In this document: positions 49,634-58,941 of the stretch, one piece after another
Numbering within the stretch: position 1 is the first letter of the stretch
How the letters are laid out: each line of letters begins with the position of its first letter
DNA from: a bacterium
GTDB taxonomy: Bacteria; UBA8248
Assembly (NCBI GenBank): GCA_965199855.1
Contig: OZ241326.1
Span: forward strand, 2,944,001-3,008,000
Length of the DNA stretch: 64,000 nucleotides
Direction of reading: 5' to 3'
Made by a program: the position numbers and the translations under genes
Notes under the pieces: generated by a model
The model's input: only the letters and a program-made list of their open reading frames with translations
Databases searched by the model: none
Told to the model about the DNA's origin: nothing

Positions 49634-50455
49634 ATGCCGTTCCCCAGCATTGTTCAACCCGTTCAGGGAAATTTCGAGGAAATGACGCCCGGACTGCCGG
49701 ACAGTGATCGCTCGCCCCTTCGGTATCCCGGCGGGAAGTCCCGCGCCGTGAATACGATACGCAAATACATTCCGCCGGACGCGAAGCAGATGGCCTCCCC
49801 GTTTTTGGGCGGGGCGAGCGTGGAGCTCGCCTGCGCGGCGGACGGAATCGAGGTTCACGGCGCGGACGCCTTCGCGCCCCTCGTCAATTTCTGGAAGCAC
49901 GCGAAGGAGCAACCCATCCTGCTCTCAGAAATGGCGAGGGCGAGGAAATACTACCCGCTCACCCGGACGAAGTTCTACAATCTGCAAAAGGGCTTTCAGA
50001 CGATGGAGGACGGCGCGGAAAAGGCGGTGGTGTTCTTCGTCCTCAACCGATCTTCCTTCTCCGGCACGACGCTCTCCGGCGGGATGTCTCCCGACCATCC
50101 GCGCTTCACGCAAAGCGCGATAGACCGCCTGCGAGACTTCCGGGCAAGGAACCTCTCGGTTGAATGCGCCGACTGGAAGGAGACGCTGGAAAAGCACGGC
50201 GACAAATTGCTCTACCTCGACCCGCCCTACGCCAACGGCGAGAAACTCTATGGAAGCAAGGGGGATATGCACGAGGGCTTTGACCATGAAGAGCTCGCCG
50301 CCCGTCTCCTCGAGAGAAGCGGCTGGATTCTGAGCTACAACGATTGCGAGAGAGTCCGCAAATTGTATGAGGGCTGCGACATTCTCGCGCCCGAATGGGG
50401 CTACGGCATGTCGAACGGGAAGCAATCGAGGGAATTGCTGATCGTGAACGTCTAG
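49634..50455 (+). CDS. Dam/D12-class (alpha-group) DNA amino-methyltransferase
   Basis: LRYPGGKS, PFLGGAS (motif I), LNRSSFSG, YLDPPY (motif IV), ILSYND, ELLI. True start may be 49682. Confidence 0.9.
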   Translation: MPFPSIVQPVQGNFEEMTPGLPDSDRSPLRYPGGKSRAVNTIRKYIPPDAKQMASPFLGGASVELACAADGIEVHGADAFAPLVNFWKHAKEQPILLSEMARARKYYPLTRTKFYNLQKGFQTMEDGAEKAVVFFVLNRSSFSGTTLSGGMSPDHPRFTQSAIDRLRDFRARNLSVECADWKETLEKHGDKLLYLDPPYANGEKLYGSKGDMHEGFDHEELAARLLERSGWILSYNDCERVRKLYEGCDILAPEWGYGMSNGKQSRELLIVNV

Positions 50456-50456
50456 C

Positions 50457-51344
50457 ATGGCCCGCATCACGCAGACCGAGAGCGGCAAGGCTTGGGAATA
50501 CGGCCTCGCTCGCCAGCTGGCGGATATGCTCAACCGCAGGGCGACTCTTATATTCGACGCCCCGCGCCTGAAGTCTCAAAACGCATACAATCTTCTCTCT
50601 TGCCGTGAACGGCGGAAGATAGACCACGCCGCGAACGAGGCCGCCGTATTCCTTCGGGCGCATGATGCGAGACTCCTGAAAACACGGCGCGTGATCATCC
50701 AGAGCGATATGATGGGCATAGACGGAGATGTTCGGGATATCGTCATAGAAACGGACGATGAGGCCGTGGGCGTCTCGGCGAAGCATCGGCACAACGCGCT
50801 CAAACACTCCCGCCTGTCGGACTCCATCGATTTCGGCGACGGATGGTATGGGGTTTCATGCTCGCCCCGATATTGGAAAAAGGTCGTTCCCATCTTTGGC
50901 GATTTGCGAAGGCGAGCGGGGCAAGTGTGGAGCTCCTTGCCGAACAAAAAGGACGATTACTATCTGCCCGTTCTCCATGCGTTCATGGAGGAAGTGCGGG
51001 AAAACGCCGACCCCGGGAAGCTGATGAGATACCTGCTGGGCAGACATGACTTCTACAAGATCATCAAGGAAAACGGGAACGTGTCGCTTCAATCCTTCAA
51101 CATTGACGGGACGCTCGAATGGGGAAGCAAGATCGGACTGCCGGACGCCGTTATTCAGTTCGGCATGAAGCCGCGCTCAAAGACAACGGCGATACTCCAC
51201 CTGAGCCGCGGCTGGCAGGTATCCTTCCGCATTCACAGCGCGGAATCCAAAATCATCCCTTCGCTCAAATTCGATATCCGACTGGAAGGAAGCCCCGAGA
51301 CGCTTTCAAGGCATGAAATACCCTATGGCCGACATTCGATATGA
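50457..51344 (+). CDS. HaeIII-family type II restriction endonuclease
   Basis: GKAWEY, QSD..G..GDVRDI, GVSAKH.HNALKHSRLS..IDFG..W, YLLG..DFYK, SFRIHSA.S....SLKFD; starts 1 bp after the MTase stop. Confidence 0.8.
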   Translation: MARITQTESGKAWEYGLARQLADMLNRRATLIFDAPRLKSQNAYNLLSCRERRKIDHAANEAAVFLRAHDARLLKTRRVIIQSDMMGIDGDVRDIVIETDDEAVGVSAKHRHNALKHSRLSDSIDFGDGWYGVSCSPRYWKKVVPIFGDLRRRAGQVWSSLPNKKDDYYLPVLHAFMEEVRENADPGKLMRYLLGRHDFYKIIKENGNVSLQSFNIDGTLEWGSKIGLPDAVIQFGMKPRSKTTAILHLSRGWQVSFRIHSAESKIIPSLKFDIRLEGSPETLSRHEIPYGRHSI

Positions 51345-51371
51345 TTCCCTTCGCCGGAATGACGGCGAAAG
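51343..51371. repeat. Truncated REP element abutting the endonuclease stop codon
   Basis: GATTCC-CTTCGCCGGAATGACGGCGAAAG matches 2000-2031 with a 3-bp deletion. Confidence 0.65.
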
Positions 51372-51622
51372 CGCCCTCGAAAACGATTCCGCCGGACAAA
51401 AGGGCGTGACTTTCTGAAAAATCTCCCCTCCCCCTGAAAACCGGGCGTGAGGCGCTCCTTCCCTTCCGGGCCAAGCGCCTCCCGAAAGCCCCCGCGCTCC
51501 GCCGGGATTTGACGCGCGCCGCGCCTCCCCTGTATCTTGGCGGACCGAGCGGGGCGAACGCGCGCGCGGCCGCTTTCGGGCCATGCCGGGGCGCGCCCCT
51601 CCCGACAGCGAGGATCCCGGAC

Positions 51623-52738
51623 ATGGGGACGGAATACGCCTGGTTCCTGCCCTCGGCGCGGGCGGGAGACGGGCGCAGAATCAACGCGAAGACGCCCGAG
51701 CGCAAGCCCACCATCGAATACCTCTCCCGCGTGGCGCGCGCCGCCGAGGACGCGGGCTTCGTGAACCTGCTCGTGCCCACGGGCACCCACTGCATGGACG
51801 CCTGGCTGGTGGCGGCGGGGGTGGCGCAGCACACCGAGCGCATCAAGTTCTGCGTGGCGCTGCGGCCGGGCCTCGCCAGCCCGGTGTTCGCCGCCCAGAC
51901 GGCGAGCACGCTCGACGCCCTCACCGGCGGGCGCCTCACCCTCAACGTCGTCACCGGATCGAGCAGAGCGGAGCAGATGCGCTACGGGGATCACCTCGCC
52001 CACGACGAGCGCTACGACAGGACGGAGGAGTTCCTCGACATCGTCACCCGGATATGGAGCGGCGGCGGCCCCCTCACCTACGAGGGGAGGCATTTCGACG
52101 TTCGGGAGGCGGCCTTCTTCCCGATTCGCCTCTCGAAGCCCTGGCCGCCCATCTACCTCGGCGGAAGCTCGGAGGCGGGCCGCCGCGTGGGGGCGAAATA
52201 CTCCGACGTGCACATGATGTACGCCGTGGACGTGGAGACCATCGCCGCCGACGCGCGCGACATGAAGCGGCGCGCCGCCGCGCACGGCCGGGAGGAGAAG
52301 ATAAAATTCGGGGTGCGGATGCACGTCGTCTGCCGCGAGAGCCGGCGGGAGGCGAGGCGGGCGGCGCAGGCGCTCATCGAGGGAAGCGACCTCTCGAACG
52401 TGCAGGCGTGGGCCGACATGAAGACGCGGACGGAGAGCGCGGGCCAGACGCGCGTCAACGAGCTGGCGAAGGGCGAATCCCTCTGGGTCACCGACACCCT
52501 GTGGATGGGCGTGAACACCGTCCGCGCGGGGGCGGGCGCCTCGCTGGTGGGCACGCCGGAGATGATCGCCCGCGCGCTCAGGGAATACGTGGAGGCGGGC
52601 GTCGAGACCTTCATCCTCTCCGGCTGGCCGCACGTGGAGGAGGCGGAGATATTCGGGCGCGAGGTCATGCCCCTGCTGGGGGACACGGAGCCGCAGGCAC
52701 TCTCGCCGCCCCTGCCCGCGCTCGCCGAATACGACTGA
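51623..52738 (+). CDS. LLM flavin-dependent monooxygenase (SsuD/MsuD-like)
   Basis: WFLP..GDG, LLVPTG..C.DAW, ALRPG, GGRLTLNVVTG, HDERY, FILSGWPH.EEA. Confidence 0.88.
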   Translation: MGTEYAWFLPSARAGDGRRINAKTPERKPTIEYLSRVARAAEDAGFVNLLVPTGTHCMDAWLVAAGVAQHTERIKFCVALRPGLASPVFAAQTASTLDALTGGRLTLNVVTGSSRAEQMRYGDHLAHDERYDRTEEFLDIVTRIWSGGGPLTYEGRHFDVREAAFFPIRLSKPWPPIYLGGSSEAGRRVGAKYSDVHMMYAVDVETIAADARDMKRRAAAHGREEKIKFGVRMHVVCRESRREARRAAQALIEGSDLSNVQAWADMKTRTESAGQTRVNELAKGESLWVTDTLWMGVNTVRAGAGASLVGTPEMIARALREYVEAGVETFILSGWPHVEEAEIFGREVMPLLGDTEPQALSPPLPALAEYD

Positions 52739-52781
52739 CGCGCGGGGAAGCCGGCGCGGCGGCGAAGAAGGAGAACTCTCG

Positions 52782-53960
52782 ATGAACCCGACGAACGCCG
52801 CCCCCTGCCCCGATTCGCGGAAGTGGATCGACCTCGCCGACGCCCTGGCCCGGGAGAAGTTCGCCCCGCGCGCGAAGACGATCGACGAGGAGGCGCGCTT
52901 TCCCGCCGAGAATTATGAAGACCTCGCCGACGCCGGCCTGCTCGCCCTCATGGTGCCCAGGGAGTTCGGCGGCATCGGGGCGGACTCGCTCACCTACGTC
53001 ACCGTCCTCTCGAAGATCGCCAGGGGGTGCGCCTCCACCGGCCTCACCTTCAACATGCACAGCGCGGTCGTGGATTTTCTGGGGCAGATCGCCTCGAAGG
53101 AGCAGATGGCGCGCTACTTCTCCGAGGTGGTGAACGAGGGGGCCGTCTTCGCCTCCATCACGAGCGAGCCGGGCAGCTCCTTCCGCGACAAGCTGGCGGT
53201 GCGCACCTCCATCCGCGAGGAGAACGGCGGCTACCGCCTGCGCGGCAAGAAGCACTTCTGCTCGCTTTCCACCGGCGCGAGCTACTACTTCACCTGGAGC
53301 TACCTCGACGGGGCGGAGACCCTCCAAGAGGGGCTGCTGAACGTGATGATTCCCGCGAAGCGCGAGAACATCGAGGTCATCGACGACTGGCACGTCATCG
53401 GGATGCGCGGAACCGCCTCGAACTCCCTCATGTTCCACGACGTGGAGGTGCGGCCGGAGGAGGTCATCGGGGCGCCGGGCAGCATTCTGGGCAAGGACAT
53501 GAGCATGTGGTCGCTGGGCTACACGGCGGTCTATATCGGCATCGCGGAGGCGGCCTATCAGTTCACGGCGGACTACGCGAAGAAGGCGAAATCGGGCCTG
53601 GGCGTCCCGCTCGGGGAGCTCGACAGAACCCAGCGCCAGATCGGCGAGATGGCCATGCTGCTCGAAAACGCCCGGCGCGCGGCGGAGAAGCTGGGCGCGC
53701 TTCGCGGCAACCTCGGGAAGATGGAGCTCACCTTCATCCTCAACCAGGCGAAATATCTGGCGACCGAGGCGGCGAAGGAGCTCGCCGAGCAGGGCATCCG
53801 CCTGTGCGGGGGACGCGGGCTTCACCGCGCCCTGCCGCTCGAGCGGCACCTGCGGGACGCGGTGGCCGGCCTCGTCATGCCGCCCGCCAACGACAGGTGC
53901 CTCGAAACCATCGGGCAAATCGCCCTGGGCCGCGAGGCGAAGACGCTCGATTTTCAGTAG
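52782..53960 (+). CDS. Acyl-CoA dehydrogenase-fold flavoprotein (possibly DszC/SfnB-like)
   Basis: VPREFGG, FNMH, GKKHFCS, DDW..IGMRGTAS, LERHLRDA. Confidence 0.8.
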   Translation: MNPTNAAPCPDSRKWIDLADALAREKFAPRAKTIDEEARFPAENYEDLADAGLLALMVPREFGGIGADSLTYVTVLSKIARGCASTGLTFNMHSAVVDFLGQIASKEQMARYFSEVVNEGAVFASITSEPGSSFRDKLAVRTSIREENGGYRLRGKKHFCSLSTGASYYFTWSYLDGAETLQEGLLNVMIPAKRENIEVIDDWHVIGMRGTASNSLMFHDVEVRPEEVIGAPGSILGKDMSMWSLGYTAVYIGIAEAAYQFTADYAKKAKSGLGVPLGELDRTQRQIGEMAMLLENARRAAEKLGALRGNLGKMELTFILNQAKYLATEAAKELAEQGIRLCGGRGLHRALPLERHLRDAVAGLVMPPANDRCLETIGQIALGREAKTLDFQ

Positions 53961-54199
53961 TTCCCCACGCGCGGAAATCATCCGCCGGGCGCGCCGGCGG
54001 CTCTTCTCCGCCCGCGTCCTCATCCCGCCGCTCCTCCATGAAGGCGTCGGCCGGGCAGGCTTCCCCCCTAGCGGCGCGCGCGAAATCCCGCGGGGCGCGC
54101 CCTCTCCCCCGTTCGTTCCGATCGGGGTTCTTTCCATTCATCGCCGTTTTTGGTAGTTTTTGACGGGTTGACGCCTTCACGAACGCCGGACTCCGAGCC

Positions 54200-55159
54200 A
54201 TGAGAGACCGACGGCCAGCCGAGAAGAAGCCCGCCCTCGCCGGCCCGGCCGCCGGAGAAAAGCGCGCCCGGCGGGGGAGGAGGGGCCGAAGGGGGGGCTT
54301 CATCTCCTCCTTCGCCGGCCTCATCAGGAAATTCCTCCTCTTCCTCGCCCTGGGTCTCGCCCTGCTCGCCGCCGTCGAGGGAGCGCATTTCTGGTGGCGG
54401 AGCCTCGGCCGCTACGTCTCGACGGACAACGCTTACGTCCGCAGCCCGCTCACGCCCGTGAGCGCGGAGATTCCGGGCGTGGTGAAAAGGATGCTCGTCA
54501 GGGACAGCCAGGCGGTGCGCGAGGGCGACCTGCTCGTCGTCCTCGACAAGCGGCGCCTCCAGGCGGCGCTCGAGAAGGCCAAGGCCGCCGTGGCCGTCGC
54601 CCGCGCGAGACGCGCGAAGAGCCGCGGCGCCGCCTCCCTCAAGGCGGAGCTCGAGGCCGCGCTCGCCGACTACCGGGAGAAGGAGCTGCTCCTCTCCTAC
54701 GCGGAGATTCGCGCGCCCGCCGCAGGCTACGTGGAGAAGTCCGTCGAACCGGGAACCTACGCCCGACCCGGGCGCCCCCTGCTCGTCATCGTCCAGCTCC
54801 ACAAGTCCTACATCCGGGCGAACTTCAAGGAGGCGAAGCTGGAGGGCATTCACGTGGGGCAGCCCGCGAAGGTCGTCCTGGACGCCTACCCGGGCCGGTC
54901 GTTCCGGGGCCGCGTCGAGAGCCTCTATTCCGGCGCCGGGGAGACCCTCGCCCCGCTGCCGCCCGAGAACGCCACCGGCGACCGGGTGAAGGCCACCCGC
55001 CGCATCCCCGTGAAGATACGCCTGGGCGAGGCGCCTCCGGCGAACTTCCCGCTTCTCGCGGGCATGTCCGCCTACGTGACCGTGGACACCCGCATCCGGC
55101 GCGGGCCGCGCCTGCCGGCGCGTCCGGGGAGCGAGAAGCCTCCGGCCCGCGGCCCTTGA
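54200..55159 (+). CDS. EmrA/HlyD-type membrane fusion protein (short helical hairpin)
   Basis: STDNAYV, IRAP..GYV, ANFKE..L..IHVGQ, DAYP, LPPENATG, RIPVKI. Confidence 0.85.
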   Translation: MRDRRPAEKKPALAGPAAGEKRARRGRRGRRGGFISSFAGLIRKFLLFLALGLALLAAVEGAHFWWRSLGRYVSTDNAYVRSPLTPVSAEIPGVVKRMLVRDSQAVREGDLLVVLDKRRLQAALEKAKAAVAVARARRAKSRGAASLKAELEAALADYREKELLLSYAEIRAPAAGYVEKSVEPGTYARPGRPLLVIVQLHKSYIRANFKEAKLEGIHVGQPAKVVLDAYPGRSFRGRVESLYSGAGETLAPLPPENATGDRVKATRRIPVKIRLGEAPPANFPLLAGMSAYVTVDTRIRRGPRLPARPGSEKPPARGP

Positions 55160-55389
55160 GCGGGAAAGCGGCCGCGCCCATCCCCCGGGGCGGGGCGCAG
55201 GCCTTCGCGCAGATGCTCGCCCACAACGACCTCTGGCGGTTCACGGGGATGGGATTTCTCTCGGCCGCGCCCATCATCCTGATGCTGAACGTCAAGCGGG
55301 CGCGAGGCGCGCAGAGCGGAGAGGCAGGGGCGTCCGGAATGAAAAGAGCGCGTCCGGCGCGGAAGCGGGAGGATTACTTCTTCGGGTAG
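55156..55389 (+). pseudogene. Possible C-terminal remnant of an EmrB/DHA2 transporter
   Basis: AQMLAHNDLW followed by one TM helix resembles the last helix of EmrB; immediately follows emrA. Confidence 0.45.
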
Positions 55390-55547
55390 ATTCCGAAGGG
55401 ATCCTTGAGCAGCGCCGCGCAGGCGGCGGCGACCGCCAGGATCAGCGCGAGGATTCCCAGAGTCTTCGCAACCATCCAGGCGGCGGCGATGACGACCGCG
55501 GCCACCACGACGCAGACGATCGCCTTCCCGTCGAGCCGGCTCTCCAT
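55374..55547 (-). CDS. Small hydrophobic membrane protein
   Basis: Two TM-like segments; GAGGGG RBS. Confidence 0.55.
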   Translation of the reverse strand: MESRLDGKAIVCVVVAAVVIAAAWMVAKTLGILALILAVAAACAALLKDPFGIYPKK

Positions 55548-55580
55548 GAGCGCGCCCCTCCGCCCCGATGCGTTCAACAG

Positions 55581-55657
55581 TGGTGGGCCGCCGGGGAATC
55601 GAACCCCGAACCCACGGATTAAGAGTCCGTTGCTCTGCCTAGTTGAGCTAGCGACCC
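55581..55657 (-). tRNA. tRNA-Lys(CTT)
   Basis: Cloverleaf GGGTCGC...ACGGA-CT-CTT-AA-TCCGT...GGTTCGATTCC..CCA. Confidence 0.96.
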
Positions 55658-55669
55658 GCTGTTCATCAA

Positions 55670-55746
55670 TGGCGCGCCCGGTAGGACTCGAACCTACAGC
55701 CTTCGGATCCGAAGTCCGACGCTCTATCCAGTTGAGCTACGGGCGC
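55670..55746 (-). tRNA. tRNA-Arg(TCG)
   Basis: Anticodon arm TCGGA-CT-TCG-GA-TCCGA; encoded CCA. Confidence 0.95.
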
Positions 55747-55801
55747 CGCGCTTTCATCCGCTCCCCTCCCGCGCCTGCCCCGCGCGGGAAAGCGCGCGCT
55801 T

Positions 55802-55878
55802 TGGGGTGAGTGAGGGGATTTGAACCCCCGACCTCCGGGGCCACAACCCGGCGCTCTAACCACTGAGCTACACCCACC
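55802..55878 (-). tRNA. tRNA-His(GTG)
   Basis: CCGGG-TT-GTG-GC-CCCGG arm; G-1, C73, CCA. Confidence 0.96.
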
Positions 55879-55940
55879 GCGCCTTCGGCCCGCCTCTCCC
55901 GCGCGCCCGGGGAGAGGGCGGCGCGACTTCCCGAAATACA

Positions 55941-56017
<77 letters not shown>

Positions 56018-56084
56018 CCGCGCTGGCGGCGCTTCTCGTGCCGCCCCGTTCGCGGGCGCCGCCTCCCGCCGAAAGACAGGGGGA

Positions 56085-56113
56085 AATATCACACCCGACG
56101 CCGGGGCTGTCAA
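56085..56113 (-). promoter_or_regulatory. Putative tRNA operon promoter TTGACA-N17-GATATT
   Basis: Perfect -35 and TG extended -10, upstream of the tRNA cluster. Confidence 0.6.
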
Positions 56114-56179
56114 CAACGCGGGGAGGACGGAGGGGTTCGGGGGGAGACGCGCGGGCCGGGCAGACGCGCCGGCGGATTC

Positions 56180-56647
56180 TCACAGGGACGGGGAGAACGA
56201 TCCGTCGGGGCCGTTGTACACCAGCACGCTGTTCGCCGGCATATCCCGCCGATGAGCGCGATCAGCCCTTGCGGTTCAAAATTCGCCCCATAAGCCCGCT
56301 TCGCGTCGATGTCTTGAGGGATTCCCGCGAGGTTCAACCGACCCGCGTATATCGGCGCGACCTCGTTCTGATGGGTCGCCGAAGCGATGGGCCCGCTATC
56401 GACCACCGCCAGCCCCGCCCGCTCGGCGGCTTCCCGATCCACGCAGGTCGAACTCGCTCCGGTATCTATCAAGGCAAGCCCCGCGAGCGGCGGGGTCTCG
56501 CCCTTGTCGGCGAAGAATCCGATCTGATCCGCAAGGAGGGCCAGCGTGATCTGCACCCTCGGGCCGAACCGCCGCAAGGCCACGTCCGCAGGAACGGGAG
56601 CGTCCCGCTGATTCCGCGCCTGAGCGCGCGCGTTCAAGAATCGGCAA
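56180..56647 (-). pseudogene. Retropepsin-like aspartyl protease, frameshifted
   Basis: ALIDTGASSTCVD motif. The expected C-terminal LIG-RD..NSVLVYNGPDGSFS continues in another frame after about 56248. Confidence 0.7.
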
Positions 56648-56895
56648 CGAGCGGAACGCCTACGGAAAGAGCGGGAATGCTCGGGGCCTCCACATCATCG
56701 GGCCTGAGCACGGATCGAACCAGAAACGGGCCCGCGCCCAGCCGCCTGACGCCCTCGGTGACGCCTTCGTCATAGGTTTCAAAGGCGCCGAGAACTTCCT
56801 CGCCCCGGATGAGCGGATACTTGCCCGGATAATTCGCGGCGAGCTCCTCCCGGTTGCTCTGGAGATGGGCTTTTCCCGAGCAGAGGGTCCGTCAT
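56634..56895 (-). pseudogene. DUF5678-like small protein, frameshifted near its start
   Basis: AAGGAGG RBS and ATG at 56895. After a frame change near 56872: NREELAANYPGKYPLIRGEEVLGAFETYDEGVTEG...PFLV. Overlaps the protease start. Confidence 0.55.
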
Positions 56896-57200
56896 TTTCC
56901 GTCCTCCTTCGCAATTTCCGCCGAGGCGGCGCGAACGCGGCCGCGCCTCCGCGCCGGCCGCCATCATACGATATTCAGGGAGGACGAACCGCCGGATCGG
57001 CCGGGAGCTCCCGCCCGCCGAAGAATCGAAAAGCGCACGCGCGCAGGGGCCTTGAAAGCCCCCGCTCCCCGCAAGCGCCCCCCGCTCTCCCCGGATTTTT
57101 CGCTGATGCCTTCAGTATAGGGAAACCGCGGGAGAAGTCCAGCGCTTTCCGAGCTCCCCGGAGCGCGCTCCGGAGAGCCGGCCCGGAGAAGCGGGCGCGC

Positions 57201-58091
57201 TTACTCGCCCTCGAAGGGCTTTCTGCGCACCCTGCCCTCGCCCACGAGCGCGGCCTTCATCAGGAGAATCAGAACGTTGGTTCGGGGGATGAGGTGGATG
57301 AAGCTGTCCAGCTTCCGATCGATGAGGTCGATTTCGCCCTCGGAGAGGCCGAGCGCCGCCGCCCGCTCCCGGCTCAGATCGACCGCGAAGGGAAACTCCT
57401 GGGCCGCCGCGGCGGCCGCGCCCTGCGCCTGGGCGACGGTGATGTGAAAGCCCGGCTTGGCCATCTCCTCCTTAAGGAAGGGCCAGACGCGCTCGAGGAA
57501 GGCGGGGTAATGGCCGAGGGCGCGCCAGACGCTGCCCAGCCCCCCGGTCGCCGCGCGAACCTCCCCGTAAATGGCGCCCAGCGCGTCATCCACGGCGGCC
57601 GGATCCACGAGAGCGGGCGCGCGCATCGAGGCGGGCGCGCCTCCGGGCAGGGGGTTCGCGTCCGAGTCCGCGCCCGGGCGGACGCCGCCCATCTTCATGC
57701 CGTTGAGCGTCCCCTTGAGGGCGGCCGCCAGGATGAGGTTCTTGGGGTTCGCGTCGTTGTAGACGTCCAGGACGCCGTCCACCGCCTCGATCTCCTCGGG
57801 CGCGCAGCCGCACTCGTCCTCGAGCGCCTCGCCCACCTCCGGCACGTCGGGCGGCATGGGCGGGGCCATCCGCATCCGCAGATTGTCCGCGCAGCGCTCG
57901 AAATAGGCCGTTGAGGCGTTGGGTCTGAGCGCCTCCCAGGCCGCGCGGAAATACGGCTCGTGCGCGGCCAGGGCGCGATATATGAAGTTCACCTGGGTGC
58001 TTCGGAGCGTCCGGCGCATATCCTCGTAAATCGCGGCGATTTCGCCCGTCGCGCGATCTTCCGGGACTTCATCGAAGGCGATGGGCTCCAT
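57201..58091 (-). CDS. DehI-family (group I haloacid dehalogenase-like) protein
   Basis: EVPEDRATGEIAAIYEDMRRTLR..VNFIYRALA and an internally repeated second half (IYGEVR..SVWRALGHYP). Confidence 0.7.
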   Translation of the reverse strand: MEPIAFDEVPEDRATGEIAAIYEDMRRTLRSTQVNFIYRALAAHEPYFRAAWEALRPNASTAYFERCADNLRMRMAPPMPPDVPEVGEALEDECGCAPEEIEAVDGVLDVYNDANPKNLILAAALKGTLNGMKMGGVRPGADSDANPLPGGAPASMRAPALVDPAAVDDALGAIYGEVRAATGGLGSVWRALGHYPAFLERVWPFLKEEMAKPGFHITVAQAQGAAAAAAQEFPFAVDLSRERAAALGLSEGEIDLIDRKLDSFIHLIPRTNVLILLMKAALVGEGRVRRKPFEGE

Positions 58092-58233
58092 GATTTTCCC
58101 CGTCAGGTCCGGCGAGATATCCAGCGGGAAGGCGGGCTCCGAGTCATTCCGAGTATAGAGGCGGCGGACGCGAGGGACAAGCCGCCTTCGCCGCGCTGAC
58201 GCGGCTTCCGGGCGCGTTCTTCCCGCTTCCAGA

Positions 58234-58313
58234 TTTTTTTTTTTTCGGAAAAAGCTTGCGTTTTGGAGAAAGGAAGCATATATTTGATATAGTCAAATTT
58301 TGATTAGAATCAC
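58234..58313 (+). promoter_or_regulatory. T12 tract, promoter TTGCGT-N17-TATATT, operator ATTTGA-N5-TCAAAT and FNR-like box TTGAT-N4-ATCAC
   Basis: T12 at 58234-58245; -35 at 58256; -10 at 58279; inverted repeat 58282-58298; second box 58300-58313. Confidence 0.65.
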
Positions 58314-58458
58314 ATTTGAGATTCGCCAGAACGAGAGACGACCAACCGGGAGCTTTTGTTTTGATGAACGCCGAAAAGGGGCTTCGGAGAAGCGTGAACC
58401 CGCGCCCGGCGGAGGAGCCTGCGCCCCGAAGCGGCCGCATGGAGGAGTTTCAGGAAAA

Positions 58459-58941
58459 ATGAATCCAGCCACGGAAGTCTGCCGCAAGCGCGCGGAAACC
58501 GGGTCGCCCGCCCTGGGCGCGCGTCTGCACCTCGCCCTCGACAGCCTCTTTCACCAGAAAAAGCCCGCCGACCGGGAGGCGGTGTGCTGCCACGACATCA
58601 CCCACAACCAGTGGATGCTCCTTCACATGCTCGCCGACGCGGAAGCGGCGCCCCTGCCCATGGGGGAGATCGCCAGACGAATGCGCCTCACGCCGAGCGG
58701 GGTGACGCGCTGCGCGGACCCGCTCGTCGATCGCGGGCTGATCGAGCGGGGCGTGAAGGAAGGCGACCGCCGCGTGTGCTGCCTGGGTCTGAGCGAGGCG
58801 GGCGCGGCGCTCCACGGAGCCATCCTGAAAGGCTGCGCGCTCGAGGACGAAGCACTTCTGGGCGCGTTCTCCCCCGAGGAGGGAGAGGATATCGTCCGCG
58901 CGGTGGAGAAGCTCGCGCGCGCCGCCAGGGAGACGGCGTGA
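58459..58941 (+). CDS. MarR family regulator with paired cysteines
   Basis: IT..QW, LPMGEIA..LTPSGVTR..D.LV.RGLI.R, DRR; AVCC and RVCC motifs. Confidence 0.88.
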   Translation: MNPATEVCRKRAETGSPALGARLHLALDSLFHQKKPADREAVCCHDITHNQWMLLHMLADAEAAPLPMGEIARRMRLTPSGVTRCADPLVDRGLIERGVKEGDRRVCCLGLSEAGAALHGAILKGCALEDEALLGAFSPEEGEDIVRAVEKLARAARETA

